A stretch of 64,000 nt of DNA from the NCBI GenBank assembly GCA_030390025.1, contig CM059432.1, positions 64,792,001 through 64,856,000 on the forward strand, given 5' to 3'. The position numbers were made by a program, and so were the translations under genes. Positions 49,285 through 62,560 of this stretch are shown in pieces (the first letter of the stretch is position 1; each line of letters opens with the position of its first letter). Below the pieces are notes generated by a model that saw nothing but the letters and a program-made list of their open reading frames with translations, was not told the origin of the DNA and ran no database searches. The stretch comes from Squalus acanthias. Lineage: Eukaryota.

Positions 49285-52200
49285 CATGTTCCTTGAAGCA
49301 ACGTAACTTGGTGGTACTCATGTCAGGTATCTCACGTCCTGCAATGCATTGAAGTCTCACAATCCAGAGCTTGTTCCTTTCCACCTATCATTAGTACCAT
49401 CGATTCCATGAATCCTGATAGATCGTGACTGTAGCTCTGCAGCATATGAACACAAGAACATACGAAATTGATGAGCAAGAAAAGACCAGCTGGTCCATCA
49501 AGCCTACCCCACACCATGATGGTCGGAGTATCATGAGCAAGCACTTCTTCCCTCCCCGCACCTCCCACCACCCCCACGGCCATGTATAAAAGCAGCCAGT
49601 TGACACCATGCATTTCTTTTGCAGCAGAAGGCAGCACACAATGCCAGGGAACAGGCCACTGTGGGAGAAAGTGTCAACATCCAACAGTTAACAACACATG
49701 AAGACAAAGCGAGGGCAATGATTTGTCTCTTTCTCTGGAATGTCACTTGTGGATGGAAATGTGGGAAGCTCTGAGCCTTCAGTAGGTTTGTTCTATACCT
49801 TTTCTTATTTAATATTTTTATCTATTCTTCAACGTCTTCACTGGCTACCATTTTCCTTCTAAGAGATCCACAAAGTAGCTGATTATGATGAAATACTGCA
49901 CCAGCAGACCAAAGTTAACAGCAAGATCCCTCTACTTTGAACAAAATTGGCAACCACTCGCCCACCCGAAATTAACCCTCTTCCTTCTACTCAGCAGCCC
50001 AGGGACACCCAAAGAAGGGGGTACAAATAGTATAGATGAGACACAGAGCATGAGGAAGCCAGAGGATGCAGATACAAGTCGAGCCTGATGTAGTTGAGTA
50101 GAGGCGTAAGACACATCAGCCCCTGGCTGAATAGCAAGCAGATGAATCTCTGGGGTCCTACGATTAAGAGAAAGATGCAAGCAGAGCAGCAGACACGTGG
50201 GGAAGTTCTGTGTGGTTTCTCCAAAGATATGCAGCAAATGGCTGGGACAGCAGTGGTGTCCACTGCCCTGCGGTACGCCAACATCTAAGAGGGATTCAAC
50301 TCATTGCCGGGTAGCCTGAAGAAATTGTCAGCCGCAGGAGCACCTGCAAACCTTGTCTGGCTTCAGAGAAATACAGACAGGTTAGTCAAGTTAATGTGGA
50401 GGCATTAAATGAAGGGCTACAGGTCTTGGGGAACCATTGGATAGTTCAATGTTAAATTGATTGCAAAGTGTAAAGGGCAAAATTTCAGCAGGATTAAGGG
50501 TTTTCCATTAACTCTCTCTTTCTGATTCCGTGGGGTCTGCTCTCCCGCTGATTGCTGGCAGAATCCTGTACCCAGCGCTACCACAATTTGCAAGATGTCG
50601 TTTCAACCATACAACCCTCCAGAACTTTCTGTTCCTCTGATTCTGGCCTCTTGTGCAGCCCCCCCCCCCCCCCCCCCCACCCCCACCACCTCCCTTCGCC
50701 CCTTTCCCCTTAGTGCCCATGCCTTCAGCCATCCAGGCCACGTGCTCTGGAATTCACTCCCTAAGATCCTCTGCCTCTTCACCTCCCTCTTAAGACCCTT
50801 CTTAAAACCCACCTGTTTGACCAAGCTTTAAAATCACCTCTCCTAATATCTATATCAATGCCTGTTGTTGTCTAAATCAAAAAGGTGAATGTAAAGGGGA
50901 GAAAGGGAGTGCTATGTGAATGATGAATCTTGGTAACGGCTGACGAAGGCAAACTTCAGAAAATGAAATTCTATATGACAGCAGCTGTTTCACATAAACA
51001 AAGTAGCTATCTTTGAGACACTGAAATGAATCATTTTTACATCACAGGCTGATGGATTTAAGTGCATTTATCCCAATTACTCAAAGGTTATTTCTTCTTT
51101 CTCGACATGTATTATGATGTCAAACAGTAAATAGGCACTCAGAATTCATTATTTAGAAGATATGGTGCTACTAATGAAGATTTCAGCTAGCCGTTTAGTG
51201 CTTACAGTTTTTAACACACTTGTTAAACAATACACTTCCAGAATGGACAATTCACAGGCTAATAAAAATAGTAAAAGGACAGAGCGAATAGGAAAGAGAA
51301 CAGGAGTGAAATAGGGAAGTCAGGGCAACTAGAATTAAGGTGTTTCATTTTTTAAATTTCAAAATGCTTTTTTATTACTGTGATATCAATTGTAAAATGA
51401 TATAACAAATAAATTCCTTGTGTTGGAATACATTTATCACTGCGCTGTTAGTAATATGTTGGGTGCATGGCCTGAAAATGTGCTGAACAGGGATTTACTT
51501 GGACCTGCTGTCAGTCTAAGTGATCCAGGGTGAGGAGAGAAAATCACGTTGGGCAGAAAATTGGGCTTAGGAACCCAAACCGTCGCACACGCTCCTGCTG
51601 CCATTTTTACGGAGGCAGATATCGGGGTGTCTGAGAGTCTCAGCGTGGAGAGGCGGGGCGCTTATTAACCTATTTAAATCGGGCTCCTACAGTGCAATTA
51701 GGAACATAGGAACAGGAGTAGGTCATTCAGCCCCTCGAGCCTGTTCCGCCATTCAATGAGATCATGGCTGATCTGTGACCTAACTCCATATACCCGTATT
51801 TGGCCCATATCCCTTAATACCTTTGTTTAAGAAAAAGCTTTCAATCTCAGATTTAAAATTAACAATTGATCTTGCATAAATTGCCATTTGCGGAAGAGAG
51901 TTCCAAACTTCTACCACCCTTTGTGTGGAAGTGTTTCCTAATTTCGCTCCTGAAAGTCTAATTTTTAGACTATGCACCCTAATCGTAGAATCCCCAACTA
52001 GCGGAAATAGTTTCTCTCTATCTACCCTATCTGTTCCCCTTAATATTTTGAAAACTTCGATCAGATCACCCCTTAACCTTCTAAATTCTAGGGAATACAA
52101 CACTAATTTGTGTAATCTCTCCTCGTAACATAACCCTTGAAGTCCGGGTATCATTCCAGTAAACATACGCTGCACTCCCTCCAAGGCCAATATATCCTTC

Positions 52201-52741
52201 CTAAGGTGTGGTGCCCAGAACAGCTCACAGTACTCCAGCTGTGGTCTAACCAAGGTTTTGTATAGCTGCAGCATAACTTCTAACCCCTTGTATTCTAGTC
52301 CTCTAGATATAAAGGCCAGTATTCCATTAGCCTTTTTGATTATTTTCTGTACCTGTTCTGTGAAGGAATTCTACTATATAACCTGTTTAGAAAAATATAC
52401 TATATAAGATAAATACACTATAGCTTTTTTAGAAAAATACACTATATAACTTTTTTAAAGGAAGGCATGGCAAGCTGGATTTGGAAATCCTACCTTCTGA
52501 AAGAATTTTGGCCTCATTGAGATAAGACAGTGGTTAACCCTGAAAAGTACCTTATAAGGAACTCTACCTTATAAATTCTTTGGAACATGACAAACTGGGT
52601 TTGGAAATTTAGAAACCTAACAATGAAATAGCTATGAAAGAATTCTGGCTATTGAAATAGGACAAGTTGTTGACCCTGAATAAGTAACCTTATTGAAACA
52701 GAAGAATGGGTGGCCCCGAATAGGTAACCTTATTAAAATAA

Positions 52742-53293
52742 AAATGAGAAGTCGCACAACACCAGGTTATAGTCCAACAGATTTATTTAAAATTACAAGC
52801 TTTCGGAGCTGTCGCCCCTTCCTCAGGTAAAGTTACAATGAGTGAATCTACAATATTTCACAGTATATAGACACAGAAACTGCAGAGATACAATCTTTCA
52901 GGGAAGGTGTCTTTACATCAAAGACACACCAAGAGCACAGCCAAGACAATGAGATGTGTCACAGGGGGGGTCCAATGTGTCAAATCCTGCTGTCTGCAGT
53001 GGTTTTTTTTGGGGGGGTTTTTTAGGTTTGGTTTTTTAGTGTTTTTTTTTAAAACTGGAAAGACAGACAACGATGTCGAGTTACGTTCTGTAGCGTGACA
53101 TGAACCCGATATCCCTATTGAGGCCGTCCTCATGGGTGCGGAACTAGATTCACTCATTGTAACTTTACCTGAGGAAGGGGCGACAGCTCCGAAAGCTTGT
53201 AATTTTAAATAAATCTGTTGGACTATAACCTGGTGTTCTGCGACTTCTCATTTTTGTCCACCCCAGTCCAACGCCGGCATCTCCGCATCATGA
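52742..53293 (-). mobile_element. Second-family Penelope fragment with inverted pLTRs
   Basis: Minus strand FRTHEDGLNRDIGFMSRYRT* (GIY-YIG C-terminus); 110-bp inverted repeats; TSD ttattaaaataa at 52730-52741 and 53294-53305. Confidence 0.88.
53165..53202 (+). ncRNA. Minimal hammerhead ribozyme, family 2 (identical antisense copy at 52793-52830)
   Basis: UUAC-CUGAGGA-A-GGGGC(GACA)GCUCC-GAAA-GCUU-GUAA. Confidence 0.8.
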
Positions 53294-55211
53294 TTATTAA
53301 AATAAGACAATGGTCAGCCCTGGATGAATTATCTTGATTAAAACCTCTTGAGAATGAAATGATGTAAGGTACATCTGCCCTTTGCCCACATATGGTAAAC
53401 TCCCAATAGCTATTGATGATGTGGCTGTAAGAATTTCAGTCGGTCAGCTAAAAGATGATTAGTGATAATTAACTTGGATCAACAGAAACCTTATAAAAAA
53501 CAACTGAAAAAGGGGTATAAATATTGGAGTCTCGAATGAGAAAATCAGACTCGCTTTAATCGGGCAAAGCGATTCTCGACTACAGCAGCAGCTCTGTAGT
53601 CCTTCACTCTTTTGTACCTCGGGGATTGAAGGTAACTGCTACCTTGATAATTGATGGATATCCTGTAATAGACAAGTTTAAGAACGGTAATACTGTGGCG
53701 AAGTTAAGATTTATAAGTAGGATTCTCTGTTAAGGATAAGATTGTATTTTTTCTCTTTTTAAAACTGTTAACATTGCAATGGACTGATTCACCAACTGTA
53801 AATTGCATGTCGTTTTTTTCAATAAATCTCTATATATTTTTAGAATTGTCTCATATAAGTCTTCTGTGTCAATAACTCGCGAACCCAATCTTTGTACACT
53901 CTTTGGTGAAGAGTTACAATTTCTGAAGGAAATCTCCGGACCCTCATCCGGGACTTTACTGTCTGGCTAAACTTATTAAAAGTGCTATCTGGAGGACGGT
54001 AACATTCTCGGGTTGTTCCTTTCCTTTAGGGAGAGATAGCCCAGACCTTTAGACCCAGTTAAGCGTCTTTAGGATTCGGCTACCTCAACCTTTAGTTGAA
54101 AGTGAACATCTGAGAAATACGCCTGATCCGGGGTAGCCCCAAAGGGGCTGGGACTAGTAAATATCCTTTCAGTTAAAGACATTTTAATGATCTATGTACC
54201 TGGACCCCCAAGTCTCTTTGAACCTCCACTGTTTTTAGCTTTTCACCATTTAGAATGTATCTTATTCTATCCTTTTTAGATCCAAAGTGGATGACCTCAC
54301 ATTTGCTTACATTGAAATTGGGAGCCTGATTTGAAGTTAACTGCTGCTGCATGGGTTTCCCAGGGGTCAGGAAACTTGGCAGTGAAACATAGGTGGGAGC
54401 TGCCAGCTCCACAAGTTAAGTGGCTGTGCCAGCGCTCGTTGTAGGCCAGGAGTGGCAGGAGTGCTTCCCTCCAATCCACTCAAGGAAGCTTTCGGCCTCC
54501 ACCAGCCCCGATTGCCAGCCTATCCCCAGCCCTCTCGATCGCAGGCATCCATTCCACGATTGTCGATATCCCTCCTCCTTCCAATTGCCAACCTCAAGCC
54601 ACCCCCCACCACCTGATTGTTGACCTGCCCCCTCTGATTGTCCAGGACCGTCCCCAAGGATCCCGGGCTGCGAGCTCCTGGTGCTAGTGCTTTTTCCTGC
54701 CTGCTGGGCAGGCTGTCCCTTTAGCCAACTCCTGGGTGGGAGGCAGAGCTGTAAAATGTCTCCCTTCTTCCCGGGTTCTTTGGCTGTTTTAAGCTTCACT
54801 CAAACCCTTCCCACTTCCCTGTAAATAACAAGGTCATTATTTGTGTTTTCAATTTCACCCATTTTCTCACCTGTTCCATGGGTGTGCCTCTCAAACGTTC
54901 TTTGTTTCTTTAATATTGTTAATTTTTTTGATGCTTCTTTCCATTACCTGACTGAGATCATCTGTCGCATCATCTAGCAATCATTTCTCCAAATCCTTCC
55001 TTTTTCAGATTCTATTAAATGTTTGTTCATCATCTCTCAATTTTTTTCAGTTCTGAAGAAGGGGCCAACCTGAAATATTGACTGAAAGGCTTTGAAACCT
55101 GCTTGGTTCCTAGTATGTCATGTTGAGAAATGCCCTCATATTTACCCTAAATTTTACTGCAACGCAAGCACTAACACAACGACCAAGAAGAAAATTGATT
55201 CTGTGCTAACC

Positions 55212-56095
55212 TTTTTTTTATTTGTTCCTGGGATGTGGCATCGCTGGCAAGGCCAGCATTTATTGCCCATCCCTAATTGCCCTTGAGAAGGTGGTGATGA
55301 GCTGCCACCTTGAACTGCTGCAGTCCGTGTGGTGAAGGTGCTCCCACAGTGCTGTTAGGGAGGGAGTTCCAATACTTTGAGCCAGTGACGATGAAGGAAC
55401 GACGATATATTTCCAAGTCAGGATGGTGTGTGACTTGGAGGGGAACTTGGAGGTGATGGTGTTCCCATGCGCCTGCTGCCCTTGTCCTTCTAGGTGGTAG
55501 AGGTCGCGGGTTTGGGAGGTGCTGCCGAAGAAGCCTTGGTGATTTGCTGCAGTGCATCTTGTAGATGGTACACACTGCAGCCACGGTGCGCCAGTGGTGG
55601 AGGGAGTGAATATTTAAGGTGGTGGATGAGGTGCCAATCAAGCGGGCTGCTTTGTCCTGCACGGTGTCGAGCTTCTTGAGTGTTGTTGGAGCTGCACTCA
55701 TTCAGGTAAGTGGAGAGTATTCCATCACCCTCCTGACTTGTGCCTTGTAGATGGTGGAAAGGCTTTGGGGAGTCAGTAGGTGAGATACTCACCGCAGAAT
55801 ACCCAGCTTCTGACCTGCTCTTGTTGCCACAGTATTTATGTGGCTGGTCCAGTTAAGTTTCTGGTCAATGGTGACCCCCAGGATGTTGATGTTGGGGGAT
55901 TCAGCGATGGTAATGCCATTGAATGTCAAGGGGAGGTGGTTAGACGCTCTCTTGTTGGAGATAGTCATTGCCTGGCACTTGTGTGGTGCGAATGTTACTT
56001 GCCGCTTATCAGCCCGAGCCTGAATGTCATCCAGGTCTTGCTGCATTCGGGCATAGACTACTTCATTATCTGAGGAGTTGCGAATGGAACTGAAC
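55212..56095 (-). mobile_element. Crack/Daphne-like LINE 3' fragment
   Basis: ORFs 55789..56112 (QQDLDDI..VTFAPHKCQ..ILGVTID) and 55273..55701. Confidence 0.8.
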
Positions 56096-56113
56096 TGAAC
56101 TGTATTTAACATT

Positions 56114-56875
56114 GGCCCGAAAATTAAACCTAATACGCGAGAGTACGCACTGTGTATTCTCGCGCATTAGATCCCGAATTGCCGGTTTCCTGCATGCACT
56201 GCGCATGCGCGGGAAACCGGCACTTCGTGAATTGAAAAGGGGGCGGTTCCTAAGTGAACCGCGTGCGCATTACAGGCTGTGCGCACGCAGTGCACTTAGT
56301 TTTTTTTTCAGCTTTGAACGCGCAGGTAAGTGGTGAAGATTTTACACACAAAGAAAGCAGGCGTAGGACCCCCTTTTAACAAGGTAAGTAGTTAATTAAG
56401 TGTTACTTAAAAAAAATTTCAACAGGTTTATCTTTTTTAGAGACTTTAAAGAAAGGTAAGTTTATTTTTATAACTTTTAAAAAGATTTTAAATTTTTTCA
56501 AAAATTTAATTTTTGTTTAAAGTGGTTAATTTATTTAACTATACTTAGTTTATTAATGTGATGGCTTTTTTAAAATTTAATTGAGGTTTAGCTGTTCTTT
56601 TGGGGGTTTGTAGTATTCATAGCTTTGACAGCTCTTGCCGTCAAAACTATGAATGAAAGATGGTGTGCTGCCATTGGCTCTAGCTGAATCACGTGATCCC
56701 AGAGCTCGCACGAACTAATTGCGCCTCTGGGTAACGCAAGCACTGCACGGTTCCAACAGAGAGAGCCTTTGAAACTAAAGTTCGTGTGGGCCCGGAGCAA
56801 AAAGGTAGGCGCGGAGTGCGATATCGCGGGGAATCCTTACCCCCGCGGGAACCATCACTGTTTAATTTCTGGGCC
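56114..56875 (+). mobile_element. ATT-TSD MITE copy 3
   Basis: att|ggcccgaaaatt...aatttctgggcc|att. Confidence 0.9.
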
Positions 56876-57399
56876 ATTATGTGAAAGCCCCTCCTGTCGT
56901 TGACCTCTGTGTATCATTTCCAAAGTTTCAAAAACAGGAGGGGACAGGAGGAGGGATGTGATTTACAGATAAGGAACTACACCAGCCCACATGATCGTCT
57001 ATAAGGTAAGCCCCACTTGGGGGTGGGGGGGAGGGGGCGGGAGTGGGAGGTAGTCCAGGGAATTAGCCTGGACCCGCGAAGATTGCAATACAAATTGCAG
57101 GCCTCTCAAAGGTTAAAGACTGGCCACGGATGCCAATTTCTTTGTTCCCGGTGGGGAGAAGGGAAGACAAATACCCACCCACATCCTTCCTCCACTAGCC
57201 ACAGATGCCCGACTATCCTGCAGTGTGAGCCAGGCAAGCATCTGAGATCCACTCATAATGCCCATAAGGGCACAGGGGGCCAGCAGCCCCATGTAAGATT
57301 GGGTAACTTCCCCGATCCTGCATACTCCAGTGGGACCAGTGCTGGAGGGCATCGGAACTTATAACTCCCTGCATTACATTCCATGCAAATTCAGTCCAA

Positions 57400-58285
57400 T
57401 CTTCTTAGGCAGTCCCTCGGAACCGAGGATGACTTGCTTCCATGCTAAAGATGAGTTCTCAGGTGACTGATGAGTCCAATGCGGGACCTACAGTCTCTGT
57501 CACAGGTGGGGCAGACGGTGGTTGAAGGGGTGGGTGGGTGGGGTGCTTGGGTTGACGTGCGCTCCTTCCGCTGTTTGCGCTTGGCTTCCGCTTGCTCCCG
57601 GCGAAGAGCACCTTCCCGGATGCTTCTCCTCCACTTTGTGCGGTCTTGGGCCAGGGATTCCCAGGTGTCGGTGGGGATGTTGCACTTTTTCAAGGAGGCT
57701 TTGAGGGTGTCCTTGAAGCGCTTCCTCTGCCCACCTGGGGCTCTCTTGCCGCGTTGGAGGTCCGAGTAGAGCGCTTGTTTTGGGAGTCTCGTATCGGGCA
57801 TGCGGACGATGTGGCCCGTCCATCGGAGCTGATCGAGCGTGGTCAGAGCTTCGATGCTGGGGATGTTGGCCTGAGTGAGAACACTGACGTTGGTGCGCCT
57901 ATCCTGCCAATGGATTTGCAGGATCTTGCAGAGGCAGCATTGGTGGTACCTCTCTAGTGCTTTGAGGTGCCTGCTGTACATGGTCCATGTCTCTGAAGCA
58001 TCCAGGAGGGCGGGTATCACTAGTGCTCTGTAGACCATGAGCTTAGTGCCGGGTTTGAGGTCCTGGTTTTCAAACACTCTCTTCCTCAGGCGACTGAAGG
58101 CTGCATTGGCACACTGAAGGCGGTCATCGACGTCTGCCCTTGTTGACAGTAGGCTCCCGAGGTATAGAAAGCGGTCCACGTTGTCCAAGGCCTCGTCATA
58201 GATTTTGATAATCGGGGGGCAGTACTGTGTGGCGGGGGCAGGTTGGTAGAGGACCTTTGTCTTACGGATGTTTAGTGTAAGGCCC
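57400..58285 (-). mobile_element. RTE-clade (BovB-like) LINE 3' part
   Basis: ORF 57445..58350 GLTLNIRKTKV, FLYLGSLLS, ASETWT, QLRWTGHIVRM, C-terminal C2H2; short 3'UTR with GAA tail. Confidence 0.9.
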
Positions 58286-58787
58286 AATGTACTATTCATT
58301 TCAGCAGGAGTTCTCCCGATCGTCTGCCATAACTTCAGCAACAGATCCATGGAAGCCTGGGAGAAAGAACATGAACACCATTTCTCTGGTGTTTCTGTAG
58401 TTATTCTGCCAAAGATGCAGTGGATAATTGGAAGGACCGCTGCGGAAATTCAACCATACTTTTTAACTTCACTGAAATCCCTGAGGAGCTTTAAGAAAAT
58501 GTGAGAAGAAATACATGAAGAAGTAGACTTCGTTTCAAGGCTAGAGAATTAAGTGTCAATTCAATTTTTAACTCCTTCTAGTAAGTCCAACCCTTCAAGC
58601 AATCCTGTTAAATATACATTTTTGTCCTCCATCATTAGTTTCTGGCTGGGCTGCTGGGTGGAACACTTTGAAGCAAAGAAGCGTTTTCTATTACAACAAC
58701 CTACATTACAATAATAACTACACTTCAAAAGTACTTCATTGGCTGTTAAGCGCTTTGGAATGTCCTGAGGTCTTGAAAGGAGTTATA

Positions 58788-59291
58788 TGTCTGGTCACCT
58801 CACTATAGGAAGGACGTGGAAGCATTGGAAAGAGTGCAAAGGAGATTTACCAGGATGCTGCCTGGTTTGGGGGGGAGGTCTTATGAGGAAAGATTGAGGG
58901 AGTTGGGGCTTTTCTCTTTAGAGCGGAGGAGGATGAGAGGCGACTTAATAGAGGTTTATAAGATGATGAGGGGGATAGATAGAGTGGATGTTCAGAGACT
59001 ATTTCCTCGGGTAGAGGCAGCTGTTACAAGGGGGCATAACTATAAGGTGCATGGGGGGAGATATAGAAGGGATGTCCGAGGTAGATTCTTTACTCAGAGA
59101 GTGGTTGGGGTGTGGAATGGACTGCCTGCTGTGATAGTGGAGTCGGACACTTTAGGAACTTTCAAGCGGTTATTGGATAAGCACATGGAGCACACCAGAG
59201 TGATAGGGAGTGTGATAGCTTGATCTTGGTCTCGGACAATGCTCGGCACAACATCGAGGGCCGAAGGGCCTGTACTGTGCTGTACTGTTCT
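58788..59291 (+). mobile_element. CR1 3' fragment inserted into a Deu-SINE tail
   Basis: ORF 58816..59223; the SINE tail tatat|...|aaatgcaagt is split by the insert. Confidence 0.9.
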
Positions 59292-60959
59292 AAATGCAAG
59301 TCTTTCTTTCTTTATATAGTCTGAGAAGAAATATTAATGGGGCTCATCTTGTTCTGTAGGATCCCAAGATCTAGCAATTAATCATGGAGCAACAAAGTGC
59401 TGTGACAGAAGGTAATTATGAGAAAATAAAGAATAATACGTGAATTCATTAAAATAAAAACATAACTCCATCCGTTTGATAAATTTCCACCTAGTTGCAT
59501 GGGGGCAATTAATCCACAGGTGGGGTGGCACTTCCTTACATAATGTGCCAAGCTGGGACTTCCACTGCTGACCCAGCCAAAGTTTGCAAAGCCAAAGAGA
59601 GATTGCTTCATTGGAATGGCATGGGCAGGAACCTACGCCACTTGGGGGCACATCACCTCACCCCCCCCGCCCCCCACCGTCTGCCAGAAAACCCAGAGGG
59701 GGTGATCTTTGACTTCCAGCTGAAACAGGCATGAAGTCAGCGGAGTGGTCCCGTCACCTGCCCAAAACCGGCGTCAGCAAGCACAGACCATTTTCGGTTT
59801 GAGCCTCATTTGAGTGCTGTCAGCGAGCTACATGTGCCAAATGAGCACCTTGCCGCAGCTCGCTAGTTGTGTGAGGGTAGAAAATTGGTTGGTTCACATT
59901 CTGAGCTGGCAGGTGGGTACGGACAGGGGGTGGGACCTTACACAGGCTGGCAGCAGACTAGAGTTTTTTTACAGGCCTAGGAAGAGCAGGACTGTTATCT
60001 TCTGGCCCCACAAAAATTAAAATTAAAACTTTGCTGGGCCGTTCTAGAGCGCCCTCCAGTCTACAAGGACCATTGGTTAGGCCGTTCAAGGCATGATACA
60101 AATGGCGGTACAAGCTCTGTCATTTTGCACCTGGAAATTACAATCGGGGTCCCACAACTGGCGTATTTAAACAGCTTCCCACCATGTTGCTTGCCCATTT
60201 ACAGACCCACCTGAAAATTGCATCGGGCAGACCTTGGGTGTCAATGGAACAGCCAGGCAGTTTATGCCAGTGGCCTTGTTTGGGTCAGGTGCAGGCTCCA
60301 CCCCCAGTAAGCCATCCCAGATATTCTAGCCTTAGACCACGATATGGCCTATCTGGATCCCGTCCTTATTTCCGGCCTCTCTGGCACACTCTTCGAAGTT
60401 ACAGTAGGAATACACTGGGATGGCCGCAGACTTTTGGCCACATAGTCTTCAAGGATCATATTTAGCAATTTAATGTACAGTACTATATAAGTTAGTCACA
60501 AAGTATTAACTGGCATACGCTAAAGTTAGATTTAAAATGTAAAAGTGGCATCATTTAGGAAAATTTTACTCTTATACCTGATAACACACAAATTATTTAC
60601 ATATAATTGATCCTTCTTCAGGCTATGGTAAGTTTATTATATCTTCTTGGCAGTCCCTTGGAAGAGGAACTTATTATATGCTCTTAAATCTCTTACCACC
60701 AGGCTGTATTCTCTGTGGGGAAAAAAAACAAAAGGCCTTTCCTATGTGAGAAGTTGTTACAGGTCAAACGGGAGTTGATCTATATCTATTCTGAACTCCA
60801 TAATAGAGAAAAGGTGGCTAAAATGAAGCTTAATATTACTTACTGGAGACTAATCAATGTCGGTAGAGCTCGAACAACTCCCCAGTTACTGCTATAATAG
60901 TGAATACAAGTTGATACAAAAGCTGTTACTAGACATCACTCATTCATGTATTAAATATT

Positions 60960-61320
60960 GGCCCAAAAATTCGGCCGTTCTCGGGTGAGTACTCAGTGCG
61001 TACTCACCCGTATTCGTTCCCGAAGTGCCGGTTTCCTGCATGCACTGCGTATGGTGAAGGGGGCTGTTCCTATGTGAACCGCGTGCGCACTAGAGGCTGC
61101 GCGCACGCAGCACACTTAGGTTCTTTTTCAGGTTTCAACGCGAGGGTAAGTATGGAAGATTCTACGCTAGTAAAAAGGAGGCGTAAGACCCCTTTTGAAC
61201 AAGGTAAGTAGTTAATTAAGTATAATTTTTAATTTTTTTCAACAGGTTTATCTTTTCTAGAGACTTTAAAGAAAGGTAAGTTTATTTTTATAACTTTTAA
61301 AAAGTATTTTAATTTTAATT
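60960..61320 (+). mobile_element. ATT-TSD MITE copy 4, right half deleted
   Basis: att|ggcccaaaaattcgg; collinear with copies 2 and 3 up to the AT-rich core. Confidence 0.85.
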
Positions 61321-61589
61321 TCTTCAAAGTGTGCAAAAGATCAACTTTAAAAAATAAAAGCTGCATCAAGGATCACACCTATAGGCTGATTTTCAAAAAA
61401 GTCAGAATCTTCTGCATATTCTCAGATGCAACAATCTCAACCAAGAGAATGTGCTCCTTCCATGGGGAAAAAAACAGGCTCTGTTCTTAGATACTTGCAG
61501 ATATTGCCTTGGCATCTGCAGAATAAAAAATGTGGGACTGCTTTTTCTTCATGTAGAGTTCCATTTTGAATAAGATTACTCTTTAAACA

Positions 61590-62560
61590 CATGGCTTTGT
61601 GGGTAAATAAACTGAGTGGTATAGAATTAAACCTTTCAGCCAGGTAGGCTTCAGGTTCAATCCTTAATCTGTGTTGAGTCTGCTAATTGCAGCTGGGATG
61701 TGATAGAGGCACTAAAATTGTCCTCAGTGCTCTGGGCTAGAGAAGTTTTCTGCTTCTCAACATTATCCACTGACCCTTGCTGAAGTGTGTGTGCGCAGAT
61801 TGAATGAGGCAGATTGGGCTTGCCTGTGATGCTCTCAATGGTTAAATAGTCCACCATAACTCACCATCAAGCATCACACATAGAGAATAGTCTGTTGAAC
61901 CTTGCCCCAGCTTGAGTCAGGAGTGGAGAGAAAAAGATGAGAAAATTGAGAGCAGAAGACAAACAGCAATCTTTAAACATAGACAGAAAGAGATGAAGTA
62001 TTTTTTAAAATTTTCATGAAGTTTATAATGTCACTTAGAGAAAGTGTGTTTAGCACATTGGGGGTCTAATTCGTCTTGGCGGAAATGCAAAACGGACAAT
62101 AGCGAATTGGCAGCCCATTTTACACTCTAGCCGATTTTCTTTTCCAATGGTTCCACTGACCTAGGTAATTTTTCCTAACAAAAGGTTCCACTGATCGCTA
62201 GATGCACCACATGCTGAGACATACAGAGCAGAAAGGTCTGAGGTTCAATCCCTAGTCTGTGCTGAATAGGCTAATCAGTAGTGGGGGGTCACAATTGACT
62301 CCAGTGTGCCCAAGCATGGACAGGGAAAAATAATCAGCAGTCTTCCTCTCATTGTCATTATGCATTGACCCCTGTCAGAAATAGTGCATGTGTGGAAAAT
62401 GGTAGATGGTAGGACTGAGATTGGATTCGGAGCTCCCATGATTAAATAGCCCACTGACACTCAATTCCAGGGCTCACACATGAAGAATGGTTACTTAGGC
62501 CAGTCATGGATGCCCTTCGATCTTTACACCAGTAGGTCGGCATTCTCAAAAGACAAGTAG
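61590..62560 (+). mobile_element. Two old tRNA-derived SINE-like copies (about 61590-61950 and 62200-62560)
   Basis: Both have a B-box-like aggttcaatcc followed by collinear similarity (tgaccc..., gattgg, ttaaatag, tcacacat..agaat). Confidence 0.55.

Larger units (their letters stand above)
52359..54171 (+). mobile_element. Solo LTR (ERV/Gypsy-type), about 1.25 kb without its Penelope insert
   Basis: TGTGAAGGA...TCCTTTCA ends; 4-bp TSD gttc/gtta; U3-like tandem repeats; TATAAA at about 53516; AATAAA at 53821. Confidence 0.8.
51702..54317 (-). mobile_element. CR1 fragment split by a solo LTR
   Basis: ORF 51780..52274; CR1 resumes at 54176 (KCEVIHFG..VQRDLGV). Confidence 0.9.

Noticed and set aside
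55048..55084. Additional functional hammerhead
   Set aside because: Core recognisable but stems II and III are degraded; treated as a fossil pLTR
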